Positions 35,049-45,881 of a stretch of DNA of 64,000 nt are shown piece after piece (within the stretch, counting starts at the first letter, position 1; every line of letters starts with the position of its first letter). The stretch spans positions 18,094 through 82,093 of the forward strand of contig JBKDUF010000015.1 of NCBI GenBank assembly GCA_046339595.1, read 5' to 3'. Position numbers and translations under genes: made by a program. Below the pieces are notes generated by a model. That model was not told where the DNA came from. It did no database searches and was given only the letters and a program-made list of their open reading frames with translations. This stretch comes from Betaproteobacteria bacterium. Lineage in GTDB: Bacteria > Pseudomonadota > Gammaproteobacteria > Burkholderiales > SG8-41.

Positions 35049-35061
35049 GCCGCAGGCAGCC

Positions 35062-35445
35062 ATGAATGCGGCCGGCTTTATCGCGGTCGGCCTCGGCGCG
35101 CTGCTCGGCGCCTGGTCGCGCTGGGCGCTGTCGGTGGTGCTGAATCAGCTGTGGCCGGCGCTGCCACCGGGCACGCTGGCAGTGAACCTGATCGGCGGCT
35201 TCCTGATTGGTGCGGCTTTCGAGCTGTTTTCTCAGCAGGCTACGCTGCCGGTGGAGTGGCGGCTGTTTTTCATCACCGGTTTTCTCGGCAGCCTGACCAC
35301 GTTTTCAGCCTTTTCGCTGGAGGCAGTGACCCTGCTCCAGGGCGGACGTTACGGCTGGGCGCTGGCGCTGGCTGCCAGCCATCTCTTCGGTTCGCTGCTG
35401 ATGACCGTGGCCGGTTTTGCCACGGTGCGCTTTTTCAGCGGCTGA
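35062..35445 (+). CDS. crcB: Fluoride efflux channel CrcB
   Basis: 127 aa with four hydrophobic spans. Motifs GALLGAWSRW and GFLGSLTTFSAF are typical of CrcB/FluC. Confidence 0.85.
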   Translation: MNAAGFIAVGLGALLGAWSRWALSVVLNQLWPALPPGTLAVNLIGGFLIGAAFELFSQQATLPVEWRLFFITGFLGSLTTFSAFSLEAVTLLQGGRYGWALALAASHLFGSLLMTVAGFATVRFFSG

Positions 35446-36964
35446 ATCCGCCGCCGGCGCCCGCGGCGTTAAGCCGCTGCCTTGCGGCATCCGGGATTTC
35501 ACTGGCGGCCAATCCGATCGGGCCAATCCCGCGGGCGACGAGATCATCGGCAGCGGCACCATGCAGGTAAACCCCCGCGGTCAGCGCGTGCCGGTCGGGG
35601 ACGCCTTGCGCGAGCAGGGCCGCGACAATGCCGCTCAGCACATCGCCCATGCCGGCACTGGCCATGCCGGGATTGCCCGAAGCATTGATGGACCAGTGGC
35701 CATCGGGCCATGCACAGATGCTGCCGCAACCCTTGAGCACCACGGCACTGTTCAGTGTGGCAGCCAGCTGCAGCGCCGCGGCGACGCGGTCTGCCTGCAC
35801 TTCAGCCGTGGACACACCGAGCAGTCTTCCCGCTTCGGCCGGGTGCGGCGTCAGGATGGTTTCTGCAACCCTTTGTTTTAATTGATCTTTTAGTCTGGGA
35901 AAGGCTGCGAGCAGATTCAACGCATCGGCATCGAGGAGCAGCGGACAACGCGCCTCCAGCGACCAGTCCAGATACTCGGCAGCATCGGGGCCGTCGCCAA
36001 GGCCGGGGCCGATGGCCAGCGCATCCAGTGCCGTCATGCGCAGCACACCGTCGGCGCCGCGCAACATCAGTTCCGGTTGCAGGGCATCCACGCTGACTGC
36101 GGTATCGAGCAGGCCGACATGCACCTTGCCGGCACCACATTTCAGGGCCGCACGCCCGGCCAGCAGCGCGGCACCGGTCATGCCGGCGTCACCGCCGACG
36201 ATGCCGGCGCTGCCATAGCTGCCCTTGTGGGAATTGCGCAAGCGCGGCGGCAGCACATGCCGCAGCACACCGGCGCCGATCAGTACGCCCTGCGGCGCGG
36301 CCCGTACATCGTCGGCGAGGTCCAGATCGGCGACATGCACGATGCCGCAGTGGTCGGGGCCGTCGGCTGTGAGCAGGCCGGGTTTGAGCGCAATGAAGCT
36401 GAGGGTGTGGTCGGCCACGATGGCGGCGCCGCGCATGCAACCGCTGTCGGCGTCAAGGCCGCTGGGCACATCCAGCGCGAGCACCGGCGCCTGCAGCGCG
36501 TTGACATGGCCGATCAGCACTGCCGTCGCCGCATCCGGATCATTCTTCAGCCCGATACCGAACAGGCCGTCGATGATCAGCGACCAGTCATTGCCGTCGG
36601 GCAGGCTGTCGAGGATTTCCCCGCCTGCGGACTGCCAGGCCCTAAGCGCCGCTGCGGCTTCGCCGCGGTAGCGGTTGTGGCCCATCGGGCACACCACCAC
36701 GACCCTGAACCACCATTGCCGCAGCTGCAGCGCAACGTCCCGGGCAGCCCCCCCGTTGTTGCCCGGGCCGGCGATCACCAACACGGGTTTGCCGCTGTCG
36801 CCGGCAATGTCGCGGGCGAGTCGGGCCGCGGCAAGTCCGGCGCGCTGCATCAGGGGCGGCGCGTTCCCGCGGCCGAGCACGGCCTGTTCGAGTTGGCGCA
36901 GATCCCGCACCCGCAGTATCGGCGAGGCATGGGGGAGGTCATTCATGGCCGGTGACAGGGACAT
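35435..36964 (-). CDS. nnr: Bifunctional NAD(P)H-hydrate repair enzyme (epimerase + ADP-dependent dehydratase)
   Basis: 509 aa. It combines an N-terminal YjeF_N part (VIAGPGNNGGA) with a C-terminal carbohydrate-kinase-like part (GPGLG, SAGMGDVLSGIVAALLAQG). Confidence 0.85.
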   Translation of the reverse strand: MSLSPAMNDLPHASPILRVRDLRQLEQAVLGRGNAPPLMQRAGLAAARLARDIAGDSGKPVLVIAGPGNNGGAARDVALQLRQWWFRVVVVCPMGHNRYRGEAAAALRAWQSAGGEILDSLPDGNDWSLIIDGLFGIGLKNDPDAATAVLIGHVNALQAPVLALDVPSGLDADSGCMRGAAIVADHTLSFIALKPGLLTADGPDHCGIVHVADLDLADDVRAAPQGVLIGAGVLRHVLPPRLRNSHKGSYGSAGIVGGDAGMTGAALLAGRAALKCGAGKVHVGLLDTAVSVDALQPELMLRGADGVLRMTALDALAIGPGLGDGPDAAEYLDWSLEARCPLLLDADALNLLAAFPRLKDQLKQRVAETILTPHPAEAGRLLGVSTAEVQADRVAAALQLAATLNSAVVLKGCGSICAWPDGHWSINASGNPGMASAGMGDVLSGIVAALLAQGVPDRHALTAGVYLHGAAADDLVARGIGPIGLAASEIPDAARQRLNAAGAGGGFSR

Positions 36965-37035
36965 GCGTGGATTTTAGCCGATGGCCGGCGACGCGCCGGT
37001 TGGCCTTCGGGTAAAATCGCGCTTTTCCACTGCTG

Positions 37036-40000
37036 TTGTCCATGCTGCATTTCCTCAGACTCCGAGGACGCGACGCCCTCCCGGCATTCCGTCGCAACAA
37101 GCTGCTGCAGGCGGCAGCAATCCCCGGTCTCCAGTTCAGCGCCGAGTATTGGCATTTCATCCGGCTGCGTGAAGCACTGGAGGCGGATGCACGGCGCCAG
37201 CTCGAACGCATCCTCAGTTACGGCCCGGCGTCCTCCACCGTGGTGCAGCAGGGCACGCTGCTGGTGGTCACGCCGCGCCTGGGCACCATTTCGCCATGGT
37301 CATCCAAGGCCACCGACATCGCCAGCCACTGCGGCCTGCCCGCGGTGGAGCGCATCGAGCGCGGTGTGGCCTGGTGGTGCGGTGTTGACGGCAAGCCGCT
37401 GGACGATGCGCAGCGCAAGCGGCTGCTGCCGCTGCTCCATGACCGCATGACCGAATCCGTGCTCGACAGCCTCGATGGCGCCGAAGCCCTGTTCCGGCGC
37501 ATCGAACCGAAGCCGCTGGCTTCGGTGGACATCCTGTCCGGCGGGCGCGAGGCGCTGGCCCGCGCAAACACCACGATGGGGCTGGCCCTGTCGCCCGACG
37601 AGATCGACTACCTGTTCGACAACTTCAAGCGCATCGGGCGCAATCCCACCGATGTCGAGCTGATGATGTTCGCGCAGGCGAATTCGGAACACTGCCGCCA
37701 CAAGATCTTCAATGCCGACTGGATCGTGGATGGTGAAAAGCAGCCGCGTTCGCTGTTCGGCATGATCCGCACCACCCACGAAAAACACCCGCAGGGCACG
37801 GTGGTGGCCTATTCCGACAATTCCTCGGTGATCGAGGGCGCGGAAATCGACCGCTTCCATCCGGGCGAGGGCGGCGCCTACGGCTATCGCCGCGACCTGA
37901 CCCACATCCTGATGAAGGTGGAGACGCATAACCATCCGACGGCGATTTCACCGTTTCCCGGTGCATCCACCGGCGCGGGCGGAGAAATCCGCGACGAGGG
38001 CGCCACCGGCCGCGGCGCCCGGCCGAAAGCCGGCCTTACCGGCTTCTCGGTGTCCAACCTGCGCATTCCCGGCGCCGAGCAGCCGTGGGAAGCGAATCCG
38101 GTGGGCAAACCCGGACGCATAGCCTCGGCGCTGCAGATCATGCTCGACGGGCCCATCGGCGGGGCCTCGTTCAACAACGAATTCGGCCGCCCCAACCTTG
38201 CCGGTTATTTCCGCAGCTACGAGCAGCGCGTCGGCCGCGAGGTGCGCGGCTACCACAAGCCGATCATGATCGCCGGTGGCCTCGGCAACATCGCCGCGCG
38301 CCATGCCGCGAAGCACGGCCTGCCCGAGGGCGCACTGCTGATCCAGCTTGGCGGCCCCGGCATGCTGATCGGGCTTGGCGGCGGCGCCGCCTCCAGCATG
38401 GACACCGGCGCCAACCAGGAAGACCTCGATTTCGACTCGGTGCAGCGCGGCAATCCGGAAATCGAGCGACGCGCGCAGGAAGTCATCGACCGCTGCTGGG
38501 CGCTGGGGGATGCCAATCCGATCCTGTCCATTCATGACGTGGGTGCTGGCGGGCTGTCCAATGCGCTGCCCGAACTGGCGCATTCCGCGCACCGCGGCGC
38601 GCGATTTGAACTGCGTGACGTGCCGAGCGAGGAGCCGGGCATGTCGCCGCTGCAGATCTGGTGCAACGAGGCGCAGGAACGTTACGTGCTGGCGATCGAG
38701 CCCAAGGACCTCACCCGTTTTCGCGCGCTGTGCGAACGCGAGCGCTGTCCCTTTGCCGTCGTCGGCGAGGCCACCGCCGACGGCTTTTTGCGGGTGCATG
38801 ATCGCCTGTTCAACAACAGCCCGGTGGACATGGAAATGGCGGTGCTCCTGGGCAAACCGCCGAAGATGCTGCGTGAGGTCAAGCGCGTGGTGCGCGAGGG
38901 CCAGGTTTTCGATGCCGCGGGCATTGACCTGTGCGAAGCCGCGTACCGCGTGCTGCGCCTGCCGACCGTGGCCGACAAGACCTTCCTCATCAGCATCGGC
39001 GACCGCACGGTCGGCGGCATGACCGCGCGCGACCAGTTCGTCGGTCCCTGGCAGGTTCCGGTGGCCGATGTCGCGGTGACGCTGATGGGGTTCAGCACGT
39101 ATCGCGGCGAAGCCATGGCCATGGGCGAACGCACGCCGCTGGCCGTGCTCAATCCTGCAGCCTCGGGCCGCATGGCAGTGGGCGAGGCCATCACCAACAT
39201 CGCCGCCGCCGCCATCGACAGGCTGGGTGACATCAAGCTGTCTGCGAACTGGATGGCCGCTGCGGGCCATCCCGGCGAGGATGCCGCGCTGTTCGATACC
39301 GTGCACGCGGTCGCAATGGAGCTGTGCCCGCAGCTCGGCATCAGCATTCCGGTGGGCAAGGACAGCCTGTCCATGAAGACCACCTGGACCGAGCAGGGCG
39401 CACGCCGGGAAGTGGTGGCGCCGCTGTCGCTGATCGTTTCGGCCTTTGCACCGGTCAGCGACGCGCGGCGTACGCTGACGCCGCTGCTGCGCGGCGACTG
39501 CGGCGAGACCGATCTGCTGCTGGTGGACCTCGGCCGCGGCCGCAACCGGCTCGGTGCCTCCGCGCTGGCCCAGGTATACGACGCCATCGGCGACCAGGTG
39601 CCCGATCTCGATCATGCCGCCGACCTGAAAAATTTCTTCGGGGCGATCCAGTCGCTCAGCCAGGATGGCCTGCTGCTGGCGTATCACGACCGCTCCGACG
39701 GCGGGCTGCTGGCCACGGTGTGCGAGATGCTGTTTGCCTCGCGCTGCGGAGCGGCGCTCGAACTGCCCGGCGCCGCCGATGCCACAGCGCTGCTGTTCAG
39801 CGAGGAGCTGGGTGCGGTGTTGCAGGTGCGGCGTGGTGACCGCGAGCGGGTTCTGGGGGCGCTTGCGGATGCGGGACTGGCCGCCTGCAGCATGGTGATC
39901 GGCCGCGTTGTGCCGGGCGACCGCCTGCTGATCCAGGCCGGCGGCCGCAGGCTCTTCGACGAATCGCGCATCGATCTGCATCGTGCCTGGTCGGAGACCA

Positions 40001-40917
40001 CCTATCGCCTGCAGCAGTTGCGTGATAACCCGGACTGCGCGCAGCAGGAATTCGACCGCATCCTCGATGCCGGCGACCCCGGCCTTGCGCCGCGGCTGAC
40101 CTTTGATCCTGCCGAGGATGTTGCGGCACCTTTCATTGCCACGGGCGTGCGGCCGCGCATGGCCATCCTGCGCGAGCAGGGGGTCAATGGCCAGATCGAA
40201 ATGGCCGCCGCCTTCGACCGCGCCGGCTTCGCAGCAGTGGAGGTGCACATGAGCGACATCATTGCCGGCCGCGTCAGCCTGCGGGACTTCAAGGGCTTTG
40301 CCGCCTGCGGCGGGTTTTCCTACGGCGACGTGCTGGGTGCCGGCGAGGGCTGGGCCAAGTCCATCCTCTTCAATCCCCGCGCCCGTGACGAGTTCGAAGC
40401 CTTCTTCAAACGCGGCGACAGCTTCGCACTCGGGGTATGCAACGGCTGCCAGATGATGAGCAACCTGCACGAGCTGATTCCCGGTGCGGAACGCTGGCCG
40501 CATTTCGTGCGCAACCGTTCCGAACAGTTCGAGGCGCGTTACGTCACGCTCGAAGTGCAGGATTCGCCCTCGCTGTTTTTCAGTGGCATGGCCGGCAGCC
40601 GCATTCCGGTGGCTGTCGCGCATGGCGAGGGCTACGCGGAATTCCGCGATGGCGCCGCGCTGGCTGCTGCATCGCCGCTGGTGGCGCTGCGTTACGTCGA
40701 CAACCGCGGCAACGCCACCGAAACCTATCCGTTAAACCCCAATGGCTCCCCGCAGGGCATCACCGGACTGACCACGCCCGATGGGCGCTTCACCATCCTG
40801 ATGCCGCATCCGGAGCGGGTGTTTCGCAGCGTGCAGAATTCCTGGCATCCGCAAGGCTGGACAGAAGACGGTCCCTGGCTGCGCATGTTCCGCAATGCGC
40901 GCCGCTGGGTCAAATAA
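37036..40917 (+). CDS. purL: Phosphoribosylformylglycinamidine synthase, single-chain large form
   Basis: 1293 aa. The N-terminus ...[16 protein letters not shown] is like the enterobacterial PurL. It also has [23 protein letters not shown] and a C-terminal glutaminase domain with GVCNGCQMM. The start could be the second Met at 37042. Confidence 0.95.
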   Translation: MSMLHFLRLRGRDALPAFRRNKLLQAAAIPGLQFSAEYWHFIRLREALEADARRQLERILSYGPASSTVVQQGTLLVVTPRLGTISPWSSKATDIASHCGLPAVERIERGVAWWCGVDGKPLDDAQRKRLLPLLHDRMTESVLDSLDGAEALFRRIEPKPLASVDILSGGREALARANTTMGLALSPDEIDYLFDNFKRIGRNPTDVELMMFAQANSEHCRHKIFNADWIVDGEKQPRSLFGMIRTTHEKHPQGTVVAYSDNSSVIEGAEIDRFHPGEGGAYGYRRDLTHILMKVETHNHPTAISPFPGASTGAGGEIRDEGATGRGARPKAGLTGFSVSNLRIPGAEQPWEANPVGKPGRIASALQIMLDGPIGGASFNNEFGRPNLAGYFRSYEQRVGREVRGYHKPIMIAGGLGNIAARHAAKHGLPEGALLIQLGGPGMLIGLGGGAASSMDTGANQEDLDFDSVQRGNPEIERRAQEVIDRCWALGDANPILSIHDVGAGGLSNALPELAHSAHRGARFELRDVPSEEPGMSPLQIWCNEAQERYVLAIEPKDLTRFRALCERERCPFAVVGEATADGFLRVHDRLFNNSPVDMEMAVLLGKPPKMLREVKRVVREGQVFDAAGIDLCEAAYRVLRLPTVADKTFLISIGDRTVGGMTARDQFVGPWQVPVADVAVTLMGFSTYRGEAMAMGERTPLAVLNPAASGRMAVGEAITNIAAAAIDRLGDIKLSANWMAAAGHPGEDAALFDTVHAVAMELCPQLGISIPVGKDSLSMKTTWTEQGARREVVAPLSLIVSAFAPVSDARRTLTPLLRGDCGETDLLLVDLGRGRNRLGASALAQVYDAIGDQVPDLDHAADLKNFFGAIQSLSQDGLLLAYHDRSDGGLLATVCEMLFASRCGAALELPGAADATALLFSEELGAVLQVRRGDRERVLGALADAGLAACSMVIGRVVPGDRLLIQAGGRRLFDESRIDLHRAWSETTYRLQQLRDNPDCAQQEFDRILDAGDPGLAPRLTFDPAEDVAAPFIATGVRPRMAILREQGVNGQIEMAAAFDRAGFAAVEVHMSDIIAGRVSLRDFKGFAACGGFSYGDVLGAGEGWAKSILFNPRARDEFEAFFKRGDSFALGVCNGCQMMSNLHELIPGAERWPHFVRNRSEQFEARYVTLEVQDSPSLFFSGMAGSRIPVAVAHGEGYAEFRDGAALAAASPLVALRYVDNRGNATETYPLNPNGSPQGITGLTTPDGRFTILMPHPERVFRSVQNSWHPQGWTEDGPWLRMFRNARRWVK

Positions 40918-40932
40918 AATCAATAAAAACAA

Positions 40933-43900
40933 CTAGTTAGAGTTTTCCGCAGGGGCCGGTTGCCAGCGCAGGTCCAGCGTCAGCGGAAATGCAGGATTGG
41001 GCGGCTCCGGCCGGACCGTCATCGGTCCCGGGCTGTGACCGTGATCCCAGAAGCGGGCGATGCGGCGGGCCTCGGCTTCGTTGGCATTGACCGGCAGCGT
41101 CTCGTAATTGCGCCCGCCGGGATGCGCGACATGATAGGTGCAGCCGCCAATCGAGCGTCCGCTCCAGGTATCCACCACATCGAATACCAGTGGCGCGTGC
41201 ACGCCGATGGTCGGGTGCAGTGCCGAGGGCGGATTCCAGGCGCAATAGCGAAGTCCGGCAACAAATTCGCCCGGCGTGCCGGTCGGCGTCAGCGGCAGGG
41301 CACGCCCGTTGCAGGCGATGAGGTGGCGCGTTTCAGCAAGTCCGCGCGCGCGCACCTGCAGGCGTTCGACCGAGGAATCGACATAACGCGCCGTTCCCTG
41401 CAGGCCGACTTCCTCGCCCAGCACATGCCAGGGCTCAATTGCCTGGCGCAGTTCGACTTCGATGCCGTTGTACACAACGGTACCGTAGCGGGGAAAGCGG
41501 AATTCATGGAAGGCTGCATACCAGCTGTCTTCGAAGCCATAGCCCGCGCGGCGCAGGTCGCCCAGCACATCGTGGAAATCGGCGCCGACAAAATGCGGCA
41601 GCATGAAGCGGTCGTGCAGCTGGGTGCCCCAGCGCACCAGTTTTTTTGTGTAGGGTTCGCGCCAGAACCAGGCCACGAGCCCGCGCAGCAGCAGCATCTG
41701 GGCAAGACTCATCCGCGCCTGCGGCGGCATCTCGCCGCCGCGGAACTCAAGCAGGCCCAGCCGTCCGCTGCCGCCGGCCGGGGTGTAGAGCTTGTCGATG
41801 CAGAACTCGGCGCGGTGGGTGTTACCGGTGAGATCGACCAGGAAGTTGCGCAGCAGGCGATCGGTCATCTCCGGCGGCAGGGCAGCTCCGCTGCCGGCCT
41901 GCAGCCGCGCCATTTCCTGGAACGCGATTTCCAGCTCGTAGAGGTTGTCGTCGCGGGCCTCGTCCACCCGCGGTGCCTGGCTGGTCGGACCGATGAACAT
42001 GCCCGAAAAGAGATAGGACATTGAAGGGTGGTTCTGCCAGTAGGTGATCAGGCTGCGCAGCAGGTCGGGACGCCGCAGCAGGGGGCTGTCCGCAGCCGAG
42101 GCACCGCCAAGGGTGATGTGGTTGCCGCCGCCGCTGCCGGTATGGCGGCCGTCGAGCATGAATTTTTCGGTGCCGAGCCGGGCCAGCCGGGCTTCCTCGT
42201 ACAGCGCGGTGGTGTTCGCCGCCAATGATGGCCAATCCTTCGCGGGATGGATGTTGACTTCTATGACACCGGGATCAGGTGTCACGTTGAGCACCGTGAT
42301 GCGCGGATCCTGCGGCGGCGGATAGCCCTCAAGGCGAACCTGAAGCCTGGTCGACTCAGCGGTCTTCTCGATCACCGAGAGCAGCCTGAAGTAGGGATCT
42401 GCGCTTTCAAACGGCGGCATGAACACGTGCAGCCGGCCACTGCGTACTTCGACGCACAAGGCGGTGCGCACCAGCTTGCGGCCATCTTCGATCAGTTCCG
42501 GCAGCAGGTTCAGCGGCAGGCGGTAGCCTGCTGCTGAGTCACCGTTGATGACGATCAGCCGGCCATCGGTCAACGGCCATGGCGTGCTCGTCCACCCATG
42601 CGCATCGGCGCCCAGCGAAAGCACCCAGGCCGCAGGGGTGCCGCCGGGGGCGCGCAGCCGTTTTTCCGCGCTGAGATGGGTCAGGGGATCTTCCCAGGCT
42701 GGCATCAGGACAGCGCCGGTCAGCCCCAGCCTGTCGAGCAGGGCCTCGGCAAAACGCCGGGCATCGGCGGCTTCTGCATCGGACGGTGAACCGGCAGCGG
42801 CGATCAGCGCAGGGTCCTGCCACAACGGAACGCCGTCGTTGCGCCACTGGATGCCAAGGGCCCAGCGCGGCAGCGGCTCACCCGGGTACCACTTGCCCTG
42901 GCCATGGAATACCAGGCCGCCGGGAGCGAAGCGCCTGTGCAGGCGCCAGGCCAGTTCTTCGGCCAGCTGCCATTTCCTGTCGGACAGGGCCGTGGTGTTC
43001 CATTCCGCGCCATCCATGTCGTCTATCGACACGAAAGTCGGCTCGCCGCCCTGTGTCAGGCGCACGTCGCCGGCAGCCAGTTCGGCATCGATGCGATGCC
43101 CCAGCCGGTCCAGGGCCTGCCATTGCGCATCGTCGAAGGGACGCGTCACCCGCGGATCCTCATGGATGCGGGTCAGGTTCATTTCAAACCCGAAAGTCGA
43201 CTCGCAGGGATCGACGCCGCCGCTGACGGGTGCCGCGCTGGCGGCAGACGGTGTGCAGGCCAGGGGGATATGCCCCTCGCCGGCGAGCAGGCCCGAAGTC
43301 GGATCCAGTCCGATCCATCCCGCGCCGGGGATATAGGCTTCGGCCCAGGCATGCAGGTCGGTGAAGTCGCGCTCGCTGCCGGAGGGGCCGTCCAGTGCTT
43401 TCTGGTCGGCCTTGAGCTGGATCAGGTAGCCGGAGACAAACCTTGCCGCCAGCCCGCAGTGGCGCAGGAGCTGGACCAGCAGCCAGCCGCTGTCACGGCA
43501 GGAGCCGCTGCGTTTTTGCAGGGTCTCCTCGCAGCCCTGCACACCGGGCTCCATCCGCACCAGGTAGCCGATGTCCTGCTGCAGGCAGCGGTTGATTTCG
43601 ACCAGGAAGTCGATGGTGCCGATGCCCGGGCGCAGGGATCGGCGGAAACCGTCAAGCCAGGCCCGCAGCAGCGGACCCTGTTCGTCGATGGCCAGGTAGG
43701 GTGTCAGGTCGCGCGCAAGGCCGGGGGCGTAGGTGAAAGGAAAGCTTTGGGCCTCGGCCTCGATGAAAAAATCGAAGGGATTGATCACGGTCATGTCCGC
43801 GACCAGGTCCACGGTGATTTCGAAAGCCGTGGTTTTTTCCGGGAATACGTAACGCGCGATGTAATTGCCGAAAACGTCCTGCTGCCAGTTGATGAAATGC

Positions 43901-44046
43901 TCGCCGGGACTGACCTGAAGCGAATAGGACAGGATCGGCGTGCGGCAGTGAGGCGCGGGGCGCAGCCGGATCTGGTGGGGGGACAGCGAAACGGGCCGGT
44001 CGTAGCGGTAGCTGGTCCGGTGGTGCAGTGCGACGTGGATGCTCAA
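40933..44046 (-). CDS. Large transglutaminase-family protein (Bact_transglu_N + transglutaminase core + DUF2126-like C-terminal region)
   Basis: 1037 aa. The TTG start overlaps the upstream stop (TTGA). N-terminus MSIHVALHHRTSYRYDRP. Catalytic triad candidates are SGSCRDSGW (Cys), DLHAWAEAY (His) and GLDPTSG (Asp). A further ~700 aa follow the core. Confidence 0.85.
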   Translation of the reverse strand: MSIHVALHHRTSYRYDRPVSLSPHQIRLRPAPHCRTPILSYSLQVSPGEHFINWQQDVFGNYIARYVFPEKTTAFEITVDLVADMTVINPFDFFIEAEAQSFPFTYAPGLARDLTPYLAIDEQGPLLRAWLDGFRRSLRPGIGTIDFLVEINRCLQQDIGYLVRMEPGVQGCEETLQKRSGSCRDSGWLLVQLLRHCGLAARFVSGYLIQLKADQKALDGPSGSERDFTDLHAWAEAYIPGAGWIGLDPTSGLLAGEGHIPLACTPSAASAAPVSGGVDPCESTFGFEMNLTRIHEDPRVTRPFDDAQWQALDRLGHRIDAELAAGDVRLTQGGEPTFVSIDDMDGAEWNTTALSDRKWQLAEELAWRLHRRFAPGGLVFHGQGKWYPGEPLPRWALGIQWRNDGVPLWQDPALIAAAGSPSDAEAADARRFAEALLDRLGLTGAVLMPAWEDPLTHLSAEKRLRAPGGTPAAWVLSLGADAHGWTSTPWPLTDGRLIVINGDSAAGYRLPLNLLPELIEDGRKLVRTALCVEVRSGRLHVFMPPFESADPYFRLLSVIEKTAESTRLQVRLEGYPPPQDPRITVLNVTPDPGVIEVNIHPAKDWPSLAANTTALYEEARLARLGTEKFMLDGRHTGSGGGNHITLGGASAADSPLLRRPDLLRSLITYWQNHPSMSYLFSGMFIGPTSQAPRVDEARDDNLYELEIAFQEMARLQAGSGAALPPEMTDRLLRNFLVDLTGNTHRAEFCIDKLYTPAGGSGRLGLLEFRGGEMPPQARMSLAQMLLLRGLVAWFWREPYTKKLVRWGTQLHDRFMLPHFVGADFHDVLGDLRRAGYGFEDSWYAAFHEFRFPRYGTVVYNGIEVELRQAIEPWHVLGEEVGLQGTARYVDSSVERLQVRARGLAETRHLIACNGRALPLTPTGTPGEFVAGLRYCAWNPPSALHPTIGVHAPLVFDVVDTWSGRSIGGCTYHVAHPGGRNYETLPVNANEAEARRIARFWDHGHSPGPMTVRPEPPNPAFPLTLDLRWQPAPAENSN

Positions 44047-44813
44047 GGATATTCGGCGGCGGGGCTCTTCGGGGCCGCGGCGACGTTCCAGTCCGGATTA
44101 GGCAGCTCGCTGAATACCTTGCGCAGACCGGCGCCCCACTGGTTGTGGATCATGGTGAAGTAGGGGTCGTTCTCCATGATGTGGTGCCTGTAGCTGACCC
44201 TGAGGCTGTCCCGCTCGTAGATCAGCAGGTCGATCGGCAGGCCGACCGAGATGTTGGAGCGCATGGTCGAATCGAATGACACCAGCAGGCACTTGGTCGC
44301 CTCAAGAAGGCTGGTGTCGGTCTTGATCACGCGATCGATCACCGGTTTGCCGTACTTGCTTTCACCGATCTGGAAGTAGGGCGTTTCCGGTGTCGACTCG
44401 ATGAAATTGCCCTCGCTGTAGACGTGGAAGAGCCGCGGCGCTTCGCCCTTGATCTGCCCGCCCACGATGAACGAGGCGCTGGAGTCGATGTTGCTCTGCT
44501 GCAGGAAGGGTGCATTGCGGTTGCGCACGTCGCGCAAAGCCTGACCGGTGATGTCGGCAACGTCGTACATCGATTCGGCGCTCATCAGCGTCGTCGGCAG
44601 GTTCTGCCGACGGGCATGCTCCTCGAGCAGCTTGATCGCGCTTTGCGTGATCGACAGGTTGCCGGCGGTGAGCATCACGATGACGCGGTCGCCGGACTTC
44701 TCGAAGATATACATCTTGCGGAAGCTGGCGATGTTGTCGACGCCGGCGTTGGTCCGGGAATCGGAGGCGAACACCATGCCGGCGTCCAGCGCGACAGCTA
44801 CACAGTAGGTCAT
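44043..44813 (-). CDS. Proteasome-beta-like Ntn peptidase of the Anbu type
   Basis: 256 aa. The N-terminus MTYCVAVALDAGMVFASDSRTNAG has Thr directly after the initiator Met, with no propeptide. GDRVIVMLTAGNLSITQ has the proteasome-fold beta-strand pattern. Confidence 0.8.
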   Translation of the reverse strand: MTYCVAVALDAGMVFASDSRTNAGVDNIASFRKMYIFEKSGDRVIVMLTAGNLSITQSAIKLLEEHARRQNLPTTLMSAESMYDVADITGQALRDVRNRNAPFLQQSNIDSSASFIVGGQIKGEAPRLFHVYSEGNFIESTPETPYFQIGESKYGKPVIDRVIKTDTSLLEATKCLLVSFDSTMRSNISVGLPIDLLIYERDSLRVSYRHHIMENDPYFTMIHNQWGAGLRKVFSELPNPDWNVAAAPKSPAAEYP

Positions 44814-44879
44814 GAATCGGTCGTTATGGTTGGATTGGAGCGTGGCGAAGCATAGGGTAACAGCAACGCACTGACAAGT

Positions 44880-45881
44880 TCATGCGACGCCGGCCTTGTC
44901 GTGCTGGCGCGACGCGGGATCTAGGTCGGCGGGCATCAGGAAATGGCTGTTCATTTCATTGTGCAGCTGGTTCAGCTTGTCGAGAAAATCCATCAGGTAC
45001 TCATGCAGTCCGGCGGTCATGATTTTCTCCACCCTGCCGTAATGGAACTGGGCGTGCAGTTCGCCGGCAAGCCGCTCCGGCTCCATGGTGTCGTTGCGGC
45101 AGAGGTCCTGCAGGATTTCATAAATCTCGTTCATGCAGGCATGAAGCGAGCGGGGCAGGTCGGCGCGCAGGATGAGCAGCTCGGCGACCCGACGCGGCGT
45201 GATCTGGTCACGGTAGATGCGGCGAAATGAACTGAGTGCGCTAACCGACCGCAGCAGTGCGCTCCACTGGTAATAGTCGACCGCGCCACCGACATCGGCC
45301 GCACTGGGCAGCAGCAGGTGGTATTTCACGTCGAGCAGCCGCGCCGTATTGTCGGCGCGCTCCATGAAGGTGCCGAGCCGGATGAACTGGTAGGCTTCGT
45401 CGCGCAGCATGGTGCCGAAGGTGACTCCGCGAAACTGGTGCGACTGGACCTTGATCCATTCAAAGAATTCGTTGAGATTGCCCTGCGCCAGCGCCTCCTC
45501 TCCGCGCGAGCGCAGCTCCAGCCACATCGCATTGAGATCCTCGTACATCTCGACAGTGATGATGCCGCGCATGCTGCGGCCGTTCTCGCGTGCCGAGTGC
45601 ATCAGCGAGAAGATGCTGGAGGGATTGCTGCCGTCGAGCAGCATGAAATGCAGCACCTTGTCCACCGCCAGCGGCCCGGGATGACGCTCGTAATAGGTGC
45701 TGGCCAGACCGTTGATGATGAGCGGCAGCGCCCAGGGTTCGGCCCAGGCCTGTGCGCTGTCGGTGATGCGGTAGGGCAGCAGCGACATGCGGTAGGTGAC
45801 GTCGAGCAGGCGCGCCGTGTTCTCCGCGCGCTCGATCTGGCGGGACATCCAGTACAGGTTGTTGGCCTGGCGGCTCAGCAT
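44880..45881 (-). CDS. Alpha-E domain protein (DUF403)
   Basis: 333 aa. N-terminus MLSRQANNLYWMSRQIERAENTARLLDV, with a second internal repeat FMERADNTARLLDVKY. Its ATG overlaps the upstream TGA. Confidence 0.8.
   Translation of the reverse strand: MLSRQANNLYWMSRQIERAENTARLLDVTYRMSLLPYRITDSAQAWAEPWALPLIINGLASTYYERHPGPLAVDKVLHFMLLDGSNPSSIFSLMHSARENGRSMRGIITVEMYEDLNAMWLELRSRGEEALAQGNLNEFFEWIKVQSHQFRGVTFGTMLRDEAYQFIRLGTFMERADNTARLLDVKYHLLLPSAADVGGAVDYYQWSALLRSVSALSSFRRIYRDQITPRRVAELLILRADLPRSLHACMNEIYEILQDLCRNDTMEPERLAGELHAQFHYGRVEKIMTAGLHEYLMDFLDKLNQLHNEMNSHFLMPADLDPASRQHDKAGVA

Noticed and set aside
35049-35061. Fluoride riboswitch upstream of crcB.
   Set aside because: Only 13 nt separate the uxaA-like stop from the crcB start, too short for the ~50-60-nt riboswitch. 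crcB appears simply co-transcribed.
35871-35885. Possible third copy of the 18-nt repeat (shares ttgttttaattga with the 23242 site).
   Set aside because: Only 13 nt match. Matches of that length are expected by chance in 64 kb, so it is not counted as a repeat copy.
37948-40623. 891-aa ORF antisense to purL.
   Set aside because: purL on the plus strand is unambiguous over its whole length. The antisense product has the usual high-GC shadow-ORF composition and no recognisable domain.
40918-40932. Terminator between the convergent purL and transglutaminase genes.
   Set aside because: The spacer is only 15 nt and AT-rich (aatcaataaaaacaa) with no stem-loop, so nothing can be called from sequence.
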